Assembly (NCBI RefSeq): GCF_001194135.2
Contig: NC_068981.1
Span: forward strand, 14,007,968-14,071,967
Direction: 5' to 3'
DNA from: Octopus bimaculoides
Lineage: Eukaryota
Length of the DNA: 64,000 nt
Below, piece after piece: positions 12,425 through 24,812 of the stretch. Position 1 is the stretch's first letter. Each line of letters opens with the position of its first letter. Below the pieces are notes generated by a model that was not told the DNA's origin, made no database searches, and saw nothing but the letters and a program-made list of their open reading frames with translations. The translations under genes and the position numbers were made by a program.

Positions 12425-13164
12425 CAGGTGTCTATGTAAATGACTGTATGCATATGTATTAATTGTAGTCTAAAACACGAGTATGAAACAGAAAAGAAAT
12501 GCATAATTTCCTTGAAGAAACAAAATAATAATTGAATTTTCATTTGTTTAAAGAGTGACGATGAAGAATGGTTTGCTTTAATGGCAACAAACTACAACTT
12601 TGATAGGGAATTTGGCACACCAAAGAATACAGACTAAACCAGAAGAACGCGAAATTGGACCGGTGTTGGCTTCAATGATGTCAACAAATAAACGTTGTAG
12701 ATATTTCTAATGGAAATGGTTGGTATGAGATCCTTAGAAAATACGCTTAAAGACGCGCGCACGAACACACATCATTATACAAACGGGAAGAAAGAGAGGG
12801 TTGAGTACTACAGCTGTTTCACAAGCGCATTGGATATATCTTACGTAATATTACGAATGTCTTGTTGCTGTCTGGCGAAGATTCTTTTTGTTGTTTCTTT
12901 CGAAACGGAATTGTATAGCACCTGACATCTTATTGACATGCTTTGTTTCTTCTCCATATGGGAACAACTGTATATGAAGCATTGATTAATAAATTTTAAT
13001 GATCACTTATTAAATCACTTCTATTTTCTAAGTAAGACAAGTTTATACTTTACACTTCCGATTGATCTTACTAGATTGTCTGTCTGTCTTGTTCTCTCTT
13101 TCTTTCTGTCTCTGTCTCTCTCTCTGTCTCTCTCTCTCTCTCTGTATATATATATATATATATA

Positions 13165-13585
13165 GACACAGGAGTGGCTGTGTATTAAGTAGCTTGCTTA
13201 CCAACCACATGGTTCCGGGGTCAGTCCCACTGTGTGTCACCTTGGGCAAGTGTCTTCTATTATAGCCTCGGACCGACCAAAGCCTATTGAGTGGATTTAG
13301 TAGACGGAAACTGAAAGAAATCCGTCGTATATATGTATATATATATATGTATGTGTATATATGTTTGCGTGTCTGTGTTTGTCCCCCCAAAATCGCTTGA
13401 CAACCGATGCTGGTGTGTTTACGTCCGCGTAAATTACCGGTTCGGCTAAAATAGACTGATAGAATAAGTACTAGGCTTACAAAGAATAAGCCCTGGTGTC
13501 GATTTGCTCGACTAAAGATGGTGCTCCAGCATGGCCGCAGTTAAAGGATTGAAACAAGTAAATGAGTAAAAAGAGTAAAGAGTAA
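13165..13585 (+). mobile_element. tRNA-derived SINE, family B, near full length
   Basis: Head ggagtggctgtg...gggtcagtcccactg, internal (TA)/(TG) tract and tail gaaacaagtaaa..aaaagagta. Other copies at ~2945-3178 (+), 7895-8210 (-), 29270-29660 (-) and 47033-47250 (+). Confidence 0.8.
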
Positions 13586-14929
13586 TATATATATATATAT
13601 ATAGTTTTAGGGAAAATAACCAAGTTTCAATAACTCATCGATGAAAATGCACTATCACATATAGAAAAATTAACAATTTAATTTATTTTCCCTAAAACTA
13701 TATATTTTATATATATTTTATCTATAAAGCTCAATTTAATTTTAATTTTTTATAAATTGATTTTAATTGAGTTTTTAGCTGTAATTTTGGATTTTGTCTC
13801 TAATATTATTATTATATATATATATATGTATATATACACACACACACACACGCACACACACACACACACGTTCATATGCATATATATCTATACATACATC
13901 TATCTGCATGTGTGTACTTGCACGCGCGTGTTTGTGCATGTGTTGGAGGTATGTGGAGAGAAATGGCACGCGTGTGTAAAGTTTGGAGTGTATAAAGACT
14001 CGACAGAACATCGGAAATTCATAGTAATAAATGATTTTAATCGAAGTATTCTGGCAAGAAAGTCACATTGAATCATAAGTTAAATTGCTGCGAAATATAT
14101 TTAAAACCATATTACATCCATATGGAGAAGCTTTAGTTTGAAAATCACAGCCGATCTTTGACATGATACACGTCTGCGTTCAGAGATAGAAGTTACTCCG
14201 GAATTTTGACAGATAATCAATTTCTTGACGCCACAAGGGATTTACTATAACAAAATTACTGTTCTTTCTATGAATAAGAATTGTATTTCAACTTTTAAAA
14301 CAATCATATACATAATAGTAGTGAATTTCACGTAGTCAACTACATTTGCTGCGGCAACAATAATTGTTTTGTTTTTTTATGATTTAAATGATTGTTTTCT
14401 GTTTTCCAAACGTATAACCTATATATAGTGTTATATGCTGATGTTCATAATAATTTACTGCTATAGGCACAAGGACTGAAATGTTGAGGGAGTATGCTAG
14501 TCAATATCATCGACCCCTGTCCTCGAATGTCATTTATTTCGTTGACCCCGAATGGATGAAAGGCAAAATCGACTTCGGCAGGCTTTGAACCCAGAATGTA
14601 AAGACAAAAGAAATGCCGCTAAGCATTGTGTCCGGCGTGCTAATGATCCGGACAGTTTCTCCGCATCAATTGTAATAATAATAAACTCCAACATGACTGT
14701 GTCGAGAGATGCGGCATCGTTAAGGAAGCCTGATGCGTTATAGAAAAGCAGAGTTTGAGAGGGAAGAGGATGATTCCAGGATATTATTGGATTTGTTCAT
14801 ACATAACTAGCCATGCGAAAGAAAGAAGGAGAGACTGAGAAAAACAAAAACCAAAAGGAAAAGGAACAGAGTAATACTATGTAAATGTAAACTGAACATC
14901 AAAGATTTATTTTAAAAATCTATAAACAC

Positions 14930-15100
14930 TAGAGTCTAGCCAGCGAGATGAGAATGTGAAACGCAAAAATGGTGAGAATTGTTCCTGTGGTAATTGGTGC
15001 GTTTGGCACAACATCTAAACTGCTACCTAATAGGCTAGAGTATACTAGAATTGAGACAAGGACTGCAGAAGAATGCAACCATCATATTCTATACATATTG
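14930..15100 (+). mobile_element. R4/Dong-like LINE endonuclease-end fragment
   Basis: RIVPVVIGAFGTTSKLLPNRLE matches the IVPVVIGALG motif of restriction-like-endonuclease LINEs. Confidence 0.4.
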
Positions 15101-15309
15101 TATTGTAATATATGTCATACATATATTTGAGTTGAGACTTCTTGGAATATTGTTTGCAGTGTTATTATATCAGAAGTGAAAAAAATAAAAACAAAATAAA
15201 ATTGGCATGTTCATTCTCCGTGTGAAGAATTTCCAATTGGAAATTTCTTCCATGCTAATCCAACATGTAATTCCTATTAGCAAATGGAGCATGTATAATG
15301 AAGCTTCTT

Positions 15310-15343
<34 letters not shown>

Positions 15344-15525
15344 NNNNNNNNNNNNNNNNNNNNNNNNNNNNNNNNNNNNNNNNNNTATACATACAACTCT
15401 ACATTTAAATACATATATAACATTATACTTAGTCGTGAATTTTTTGCACTTCCATATTGAGCGTAAAATCATTATTAATGCTATGGTTGGTTGTTATTTG
15501 TCTGTATGTCTGTCTGTCCGTCTGT

Positions 15526-15556
<31 letters not shown>

Positions 15557-17508
15557 ATCTATCTATCTATCTATCAGATACAAGTGGACACCAGTGCATA
15601 GCAATTGACTTTCTAATACTTGGTAAGTACAAAAATTGTCCTACTTATTTGCAAGATGCAAAATATAAGAGAAAATGATTTATAGAATTTAGCAGACATA
15701 CAAAATTTGGACATTCTACCCAATATTCACGATGAACCTTCGTTCCGACAATAAAAACAGAAATGATGGTAACTCTGTCGTTCTCCCACATTCACTATTC
15801 ACTTACTGCTTTGAGCTGGTTATAGCAACGATGATCTCTGCCAATTTGCAACATACTGAGTTTGAAACAAGCAAAATAATAAAAACTTATAATTCTACGG
15901 TAGCATCCCTAATAAAGTTCTCAATTCATAATCGTATCTATAATTTCATAATTCTAGTTTCGCAGTTTCTAATATAAATATGTAAGTGCAGCTATATACA
16001 CACAACATTAATACAAGTATGTTTTTAAATGAGTATATTTAACAAGCAATATTGGATTCGAAGTAATGCATCTCTTTATCTTTTGTAAATATTCACTTCA
16101 CATCACATACGCATTTTCTCAGCTCTATCTGCTTTTGAAGCTGGAATTCATTTAATTTGAATGCTACTCAAACACTGAATTCTAAATTTAGGATTTTAAA
16201 TGCATAATATAATCGATGTTAAATTATATGGTTTCTTCAATTTTCTTCTGATTTTATTTCGATTTTAATATCTAATATGCTATCACTTAACATATTGACA
16301 ATGGTTTAATCCCACCTACATAATATCTAGCAAATATATATTACCACAATGCTTCATATTATACACAACCTTTATTAAAAATCTAGAACTGCAAAATGTA
16401 ACTAAATATCTTCTTGTGACTTTTGGTTTAACATTATACATCAAAACAAAAAAAAAAATGTATTCCATGTTATATCGTTAGCTGTTAATTTGAAATGTGA
16501 GAATTTGTGAAAATTTCAAATAGTTGAACTGTATAGAAACTCTGATAGAAATATCCATGTGTTTAATTGTATTGTTTAAAAAGCTTAAACTCATATATCT
16601 TAAATTCAGTGAATTACGCTAAGTCCTATATCTATACACACTCATTTCTCTATATCTGGTTAATGTACTTAACTCCTCCATATTTAATCTACTTAGAAAT
16701 GATACAAACATGAAAACAAGACATGGATGATGCAGTTACTTTATGCAATTTAAATATCTATTTTAAATCTTGCTTTATGAACAAATTTCTTGTGTAATGG
16801 TATCGAGAGACTAAATTAACTATGTCTGTATCTTAATGGGTTTGAAATAGGGTTGGGATTAATCTATCTTTCAAAACTAATACTGAAGATATATATCCGG
16901 CACAGATAAGGCATAAATTTGCAATTGTGTTCCAGAATATTGTTATATTGTGATTCCTTGTCACAATTCCAATTAACATTTATGTAAATCATTACAATGC
17001 AATAACTAACGTCGACCTGTTAATTTGAGATATACCACCATGTGTTACAAGATATATTTTCTCACTTACAGACACACACACACGCACACACATAAATACA
17101 TAAATACATATATGTACATACATACATACATACAAACACACATATGTATACATATACGCGTGTGTACATATATATGAATATATACATATTAATACATATA
17201 TATATATATATATATATATANNNNNNNNNNNNNNNNNNNNNNNNNNNNNNNNNNNNNNNNNNNNNNNNNNNNNNNNNNNNNNNNNNNNNNNNNNNNNNNN
17301 NNNNNNNNNNNNNNNNNNNNNNNNNNNNNNNNNNNNNNNNNNNNNNNNNNNNNNNNNNNNNNNNNNNNNNNNNNNNNNNNNNNNNNNNNNNNNNNNNNNN
17401 NNNNNNNNNNNNNNNNNNNNNNNNNNNNNNNNNNNNNNNNNNNNNNNNNNNNNNNNNNNNNNNNNNNNNNNNNNNNNNNNNNNNNNNNNNNNNNNNNNNN
17501 NNNNNNNN

Positions 17509-17546
<38 letters not shown>

Positions 17547-19828
17547 CATTCTTTTTCACTCCCAGACAGAAAAGTATTAGTTGATATTTGCGGTATTTTG
17601 CCAACTTGTATGGATTGCTTTTGGAAAACTATAACATATAGCTGAAAACAATATTACAGTGTCAGTTATTTATCAACATTAAGGCCAAGTGTGAGTTAAC
17701 ATTTATCATAGATTAAGTTTATGTCAAAACCAACCATGGATTAGTAACAACTTCCATTTTTACGTTGATTCACTGAATGTTGATAACAGACATTTTTTTT
17801 TCTCAGACGCATAATTGATTAGTTGTGTATTTTACTTTCAAAATTTCTACAAACTATGAACTTAAGAATACGGTGTTTGACATGATGCAGCAAATTATCT
17901 TTGTTTTATATGGACATTAAGCACATTAATTTCATGTCTCCATAATCAATTATAAACTGTCTTCTGCATTAAGCGGTGTCGGGATCTGGCTGCATTGTAC
18001 ATTAATACCATTGCATAAACAAATACTGGATACATTCTTACCAAGAAAAACTTCGCCCGATTGAATGGAAATATGCAGTGAAAAATATGTAAATATCAGC
18101 GGGTGCGTATATCTCTGTGGAAAAAGTATTTGCTCGTTTCTATATTTCATTTCGTTTACCTCGTATGGCATTGGATTATACGTATATTTGAACAGCTAAA
18201 AATGACTTAAAACCTGTAAAAATACATAAAATTGCCTATGACCTGCACCTGCGAATGCTGTTGATAGTATAATATACAATAACACAGAATACTTAAATTT
18301 AAAGCGATTTATACTATTAATTTTATTGAAGGATTAATACAGACATTGGGAAAAAATCCCTTTCACTTCTATTATTCAGAATACTATAGTGTAAATGTAT
18401 TAGAACCATCACACTATAATTCTGTCCCAATAAAGAAAAGACAGCTATTTCAAAGAAAATGTAATGTCATTAAATAAACCGGTATTCCGTCGGTTACAAC
18501 GACGAATTTTCCGTTTTATCCCAAGCATGAAACAGCCTGCTCGTGAAATTAACGCGCAAGTGAGCACTCCATTGATATGCTAACTTTTAATATAGTTCTC
18601 AAGAAGTTTTAGCGGAATGTGGCAATGCTGGCCCGTTGAAATACAGGTAGAATTCATTTTTGTCTTTCCCAATTCATTTTGTCTTTTCGCTTGGAATTGA
18701 ACTCAAAACCTACTGACATTACGATGGTGAACCGAATACCCTAACCACTAAGCCACGCTTCTCCACCTATAATGACATACAGTATTTCTATATAGAAATA
18801 CTGTATCGTTGGTAAAGAGAAAGTTAATGACATTATTAAATGATACAAAACTACAACCTTACAAAAATATATTTGAGCACTCTACAAAGTTATTCTTGTT
18901 GACTTAGGCAATATTTTGTTTTCCTTTGTGAATTTGGTCCTGTTGAAGGCTGGAGCTAGGAAATTCTTAGGTGGTTCCAGATTGGTGTTACTAATACCGT
19001 TACCTTTTATTTAAAGTGAGTCTAATAGACGACTACACCGAGAATTGGTGCAAGGCAAAACATCTAGAAAGGTGCTGTTTCGACTCAATACAATTGACAT
19101 GAAAATTTGTTTGCGGTATATCTATAAAGCTTAAGTGATAGTAGTTTGAAACTAGCCAGTTCCGAGGAGCAGCGTCTGCAGTACTAGAATTTAGAAATAA
19201 AAATCATCACAAATGTCAGTGGAGCTTAAATTAGAGGGTTTTGTGAGTGTCTTCATTTCAAGTCAATCAAGTGAACTTTCTTTGATTTCCTTTATAAGTT
19301 GTTTATGTAATGTAGAAGCAACACTCCAGATATGGAAGCAATAAGCGATTGCATGGCTTATATGATGTCTGAAAAGTAATAGTGGCTTCCCGAGACAGTT
19401 GGAGCTGCCTGAATAATTGAAAAATGTTTATCTGTGATTTTAATTAGTGAATGTTTGGAAAGCCCCAAAATAGTAACAAAAATAAACAGCATTTAAACTT
19501 TGCGTATTTTCCAACGGGTAGAGAAATGATTGGAAATAACTGAACATACTGCAGCATGCTTTATACATTCCAAGATATCTCTCATTTACGCTAATTTTCG
19601 ATGTTTAGAATAAATAGTACAACTGTACAGACTTTTGCAGAATTACAAATACCAAACTGGCTGCTTTATGCTGCAATATTACTAAGATTCGCAAATAAGA
19701 TATTTAGACTCACAAAAGATACAGAATATTACAATAAAAAATTCACAGTACATTTTTGTCACTGGCGTTATTGAACGTTCAAAATCTTAGGCAACAGTAA
19801 TAATACAAATAATTGGGTAAATATTTAC

Positions 19829-20077
19829 CTTCGTTTGAGTCGTACAAATAATGTACTCTTCTCCAACCGTAGAATTTCACCATGTCTATTACTGCATTTG
19901 TATGATCAGGACGCAAGTAAATTTCGAAGTTTGGTTGCTCTGGGTCAACAGTAAAGGAAAGACCTGGAGAGACGAAGGGCATACGGAATCGTCTACTGTA
20001 GGATTCGACTACTTCAACTGATGAACTGTCTATTACACCAAATAGGACAAAAGAACCATTTTCCATGTGACCACAGA
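19829..20077 (-). CDS. Internal exon of an AMPA-type ionotropic glutamate receptor (amino-terminal LIVBP-like domain)
   Basis: 249-nt phase1/phase1 exon with acceptor ttctatttctttgcag| and donor G|gtaaat. It encodes CGHMENGSFVLFGVIDSSSVEVVESYSRRFRMPFVSPG...FEIYLRPDHTNAVIDMVKFYGWRRVHYLYDSNE(G). This aligns without difficulty to GluA sequence recalled as CSQFSRGVYAIFG...[34 protein letters not shown]. The paralogue is not identifiable. Confidence 0.92.
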
Positions 20078-20272
20078 CTGCAAAGAAATAGAAATCGGGA
20101 TATATATATATATACAATATATATCTATCGTGTGTACATACATATATACATATATACATATAGATGTATTTACATATCATATATATATGATATGTGAGAT
20201 ACAAATGTAAATATTTTGAATGTATAATTTCATAGATACATAGGCTTACAGACACTCAAACACATATATATG

Positions 20273-20316
<44 letters not shown>

Positions 20317-20322
<6 letters not shown>

Positions 20323-21395
20323 ATTCGTGCTGTTTATGAGTATGAATTCCGTCGTGGAAATAAATGCATCTCATACAGCTCGAACCACCAATGAGGTGTT
20401 TAGTGAAGATGTGGCGAATGAGTGTACTGTACGTCGGTGGTTTGAGAAGTTCTGGTGATTTTACTCTTAAAATTCAGCCCTGTGGTAGACCTGAGACCAA
20501 TGTGGATAACGATGAGCTGGAAATTGTGATGGAAGCGGATACATCTCAAATTACGCGTTAGTTGGCAGCAAGGTTTGATGTTTCGAATCCAAATGTATTG
20601 GACCATCTGAAACAAATCGACAAAGTAAAGAAGCTGGACAAGTGAGTACCACACGAACTGAACGAGCAGCAAATGATACGTCGTTTTGAAACTTGCTGTT
20701 GTTCTTTGCTAGCTCGGAATAAAAGCAAACCATTTTTGCATCGGATTGTTACGTGTGATGAACACTGTTTTTTTCTTTTCTTTTTTTTTTCAAAATTAGC
20801 AAGCGTTCTACAGAGAAGTTGTATAGAGACGCAGTGCCAAAACACAATCCACAAAGGAATATTCACTAAAAAAATGCAAATAGTGTCAGTTTGGTAGTTC
20901 AGCACTGATGTCATCCACTACAGCTTCATGAGACCTAGTAAGTCAATTACAGCGGATGTATAATTACAGTTGTATGAAATAATGAGTGAACTTGCAATTA
21001 AACAGTCGTGATTGGTCAATAGAGATAGGCTAATTCTCTTGCTTAAAAATGTTCGACCACATGTTGCACAAAGAACGCTAGCCAAGTTATAGGAACTGAA
21101 CTTGGAAGTACTCTGTCATTCAGCATGTCCACCAGGCCTTGCACCGACTGACTATCATGTTTTCCCGGCATTAGACATTTTGTAAGGACAAAACCTCGAA
21201 TCTGGAGAAGCTGCAAAAAGAGCCTTTCGTGATTTCATCACCTCTTGCCCTCCAGAAGTCTTCGCTGCCGGCATAAATAAACTACTGATAAAATGGCAAA
21301 ATTGTGTTAATAATTTAGGTGCATACTTTGATTAAATGTTGAGATAAAGTAACATGGACTTTCAGTTAAAAATCGGACATTTCATTCTCAATGAC

Positions 21396-21399
<4 letters not shown>
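20317..21399 (+). mobile_element. Decayed mariner transposon, 5'-truncated
   Basis: Broken transposase reads IRAVYEYEFRRG...TVRRWFEKF...GRP...*VPHEL...RIVTCDE...NVRPHVA...LAPTDYH. Ends ...aatgacctga|TA (3' TIR plus TA) in a (TA)n array. Multiple stops and frameshifts. Confidence 0.92.
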
Positions 21400-21460
<61 letters not shown>

Positions 21461-22479
21461 GTGTGCGTGTATATATGCATATGTATGTTTATGCGTATGT
21501 GTGTGTGATATTTATTCACAATGCACAGGTAATTTATCCTTACATAGTATAGAAGAGAACATTTTCAGTGAAAATGAAGAACATAAATATATTTATCTTA
21601 ATCTAGTGTATATATCTTGCTCTACATTTGGAATAGAACATTGTGTGTGTGTGTGTGTGTATTTGTCTGTGTGTGTGCGTTGTTATGCACATAACGAAAC
21701 ACAAATACAGTTGTGCGTGTATGTTATGTTAATATTCTATACTTGTAGAATATCGACCGATAAACTTAGGCGTAACAACATTCCTGTAAAGTATATATAA
21801 TTCTAGTACTCATCGGAGAGACACAGCACCAGATGCATAATTCATAAATTAAATATGGATAAAATAACAAAGTAAAAGAAAACGAAAGAATTCAATTACT
21901 TACAGCAAAATCAGTTTCCACTACTTATTCTTAAATGTTCCCAACTCATACCTTAAATTATCATTCACTCCCACTCGGTAATGTACCATATTCATTGCAC
22001 ACAGTTAGTGAGCCATTAAGATCACTAACAGAAATAAAGTATCTCAATATACAGAAGGATTTAGGAATGAGAATAGAGGTTCGTTTTATGACTCATTAAT
22101 TAGGAACATCTACGAGGTGTTCGTGTTTATCGAATATAATAAAATGGTTAAATTGGACAAAGCAAGATAATTTTAGAGTTTCCTGAGTACCGACACAATG
22201 CAGCTACATCGAAGATATGTGTTGTATAACAGCAGGACTATTTTGGAAAGCTAATGATCCTAAGTCCATTAATATTTCAAGACATTCACCGGCTCGTCTA
22301 GTGAATACAATGTTGCTATTTGCACGATGCTGCCACATATAATAATAGACAACACGGGTTCATGAGCAGGATATTTATACTTATTGAAACTGTTGGTTAA
22401 TATTATAGTTTATTTTACTCATTTGCGGGATGAGACTTGTCTAGCGTGGAGAACGAGGCAGTGGCCATAGCTTGCACAA

Positions 22480-22970
22480 GCCCTCCTTGACCGGTGAGTC
22501 AGAAGTCATTCATTTCCTCCAGGCGTCTTCTAAATAAATAACTGTTGGAAATACATGAACAGGGAGGAGATTCTAAGGGGATGATATTGTGAGAAGGAAG
22601 AATTATAAAAATGATTAATGCGGGCCCTGAAATGTTAGACATAACGAGGAAGATGCAAGGAGAGGTGAGTGAGAGGAAGATGTCAGGTTAGAGACAGCAT
22701 GTGCCTAGCAGGTACCAATATGCTCGTAGTATACATAAAACATCGGTGAGAGGAGAGAGCGCATCTGTGAACAGGAGGCTGGAGTGTATCTGTGAGGGGT
22801 TCTGTACAACTCAGAGGAGTGGCACTTTTCGAGATGTGGTTATAAACGGTTTTTAATTTGGCACTAAACAAGGCGTGAAAATGATGGTTTGCTTTGATAT
22901 TTGTGCCGTTGTTAATGCTTCTGTTGTTTAACTCTGTTGCTGGTATTAACCAATATAATTCTGTGTAGAA
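22480..22970 (-). mobile_element. Old CR1/L2-group LINE fragment
   Basis: Minus-strand pieces LQPPVHR, FYVYY and NLLPVHVFP in the expected ORF2 C-terminal order. Heavily decayed. Confidence 0.4.
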
Positions 22971-23989
22971 AGTTAGTCTCTCTCTCTCTCTCTCTCTATC
23001 CATCACACACACACAAACACGCATACAAGCAGACAAACACAATCTCTCACACACACAAACACACATGCATACAGACACACATGCATACAGACACACGCAC
23101 ACACACGCACGGGCACATAAACATACATACATATGCACTCACATACATGCCCACACACTCGTACATGCACACTATAACACACAATCGTATGCCCACACTA
23201 ACTTTCACATATGTACACAGACAAAGACACAGAGAGAGAAAAAATAGCAGATGGACATGCACTCCCATGCATACATATGCAGACATACGTACTAATGTGA
23301 GCCCTCTCCTCAGCCTTGAAGAATATAATTGTCGGAACAGAAATATCATTTTGCCCTGAATGGAATGACCGGTAGCGGGATGAGTTCCTAGCTATGTTAA
23401 GGATGTGCTTTCGTCAGATTTCTTCAGTGATAGTAAAACTCAATAACTGAGCCGATTGTGAGGGCTCTAATTGAATGCTTTTCACTATTAGTTGCAGTGT
23501 GGTGCGATGAGGTTTTCTTCATATCTGTAGTTTGTGCTGTGTTGTTTGCGAAAGAGACAATATTTGTATATTAATACTGTAATATGCTTTCGCAGTCTTT
23601 TGGAGTTTATATTTTTTTCCCTTTCTTTTATGGATATACAGCGTTTTCTAAATTCTGAATTACTGTCTTACAGTATGATAATTAATAAAACAATGAATTC
23701 TCATCATAAACGTGAATTAAAGTATATTTCTCGTCATAGCCCAACATGGTTGCCATATTGATCGACCATTGTAAAAGTTAAAATAGATGCCAAAGAAGAA
23801 ATCGCTACATAAATAGGTATATGCTTTATACCATATATTGAATACATAATTAACTTGCTCCCTATGAACAGAACAAACACACACATATATTTATATACAG
23901 AAGAGAATGAGAAACGGAGGAAATGAGGCACGAGAGATAATTAGATAAGTTTCGGAAAGAATTGGCCCAACCCATGACGAACTTAAAAC

Positions 23990-24230
23990 ACATTTCAATA
24001 AAGAGTTATCGTTTGTAGAGTGATATATCCGGATGTAGGTGGTATATCTGAAATCTGTTGAAGATATACAATGCGATCAGATGTTTTTCTTCTTTTCGAG
24101 GACGGATGGTAAGAAGAGCAGGCCGTCGATGAAAGCATCATTTGAGCAATACTGCTGGAATTTTTTTTCACATTATAGCAGTCCCCGTGGTGATGGAGGG
24201 AATAAAGTTTAAGTTTCTCGAGCTGATTCC
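23990..24230 (-). mobile_element. CR1-group LINE 3' end fragment
   Basis: Minus-strand YLQQISDIPPTSGY resembles the IQQIPDKPPEPGY motif at 8.4 kb. Confidence 0.45.
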
Positions 24231-24249
24231 AATAAGCAAGAACTGTCAC

Positions 24250-24306
<57 letters not shown>

Positions 24307-24773
24307 ATGATATGTCTTCTTCTGTAGTAAATATTTTAGAAATAATATATTCCTATTTAGTTGATATCATTTATCAAAATGTTTGCGATTGTGAGTCGAT
24401 ATTTTAGCAAGTGAGCATGTATATGCTTTCTTTATTCCATTTTTGATAATCTCGCTATGAAGATGTGAATTTAAATCAGTAAATAACACTCTATTGAAAA
24501 ATGTTTTCAGCTAAAACAAGTTATTGTGGCTCAGGTCTTATTCAGCTGTGATAGAGCATTTGATCAAACAGCGATCCAGTCGTGACCATCGAGCTTCGCT
24601 AGTTATGTCTGAGAATATGTCCTTTCTTTCTCAAGACGCTACAGTTTGATGAGTAGGAATTTTTTTTCTACATCATACATGATAGAGTAGTCGCATAAGA
24701 TCCCCCAGCTAAACAATCTCACTTTCCCCCTCTCTCTCTCACTCTCACACACACACACACACACACCACACAC

Positions 24774-24812
<39 letters not shown>

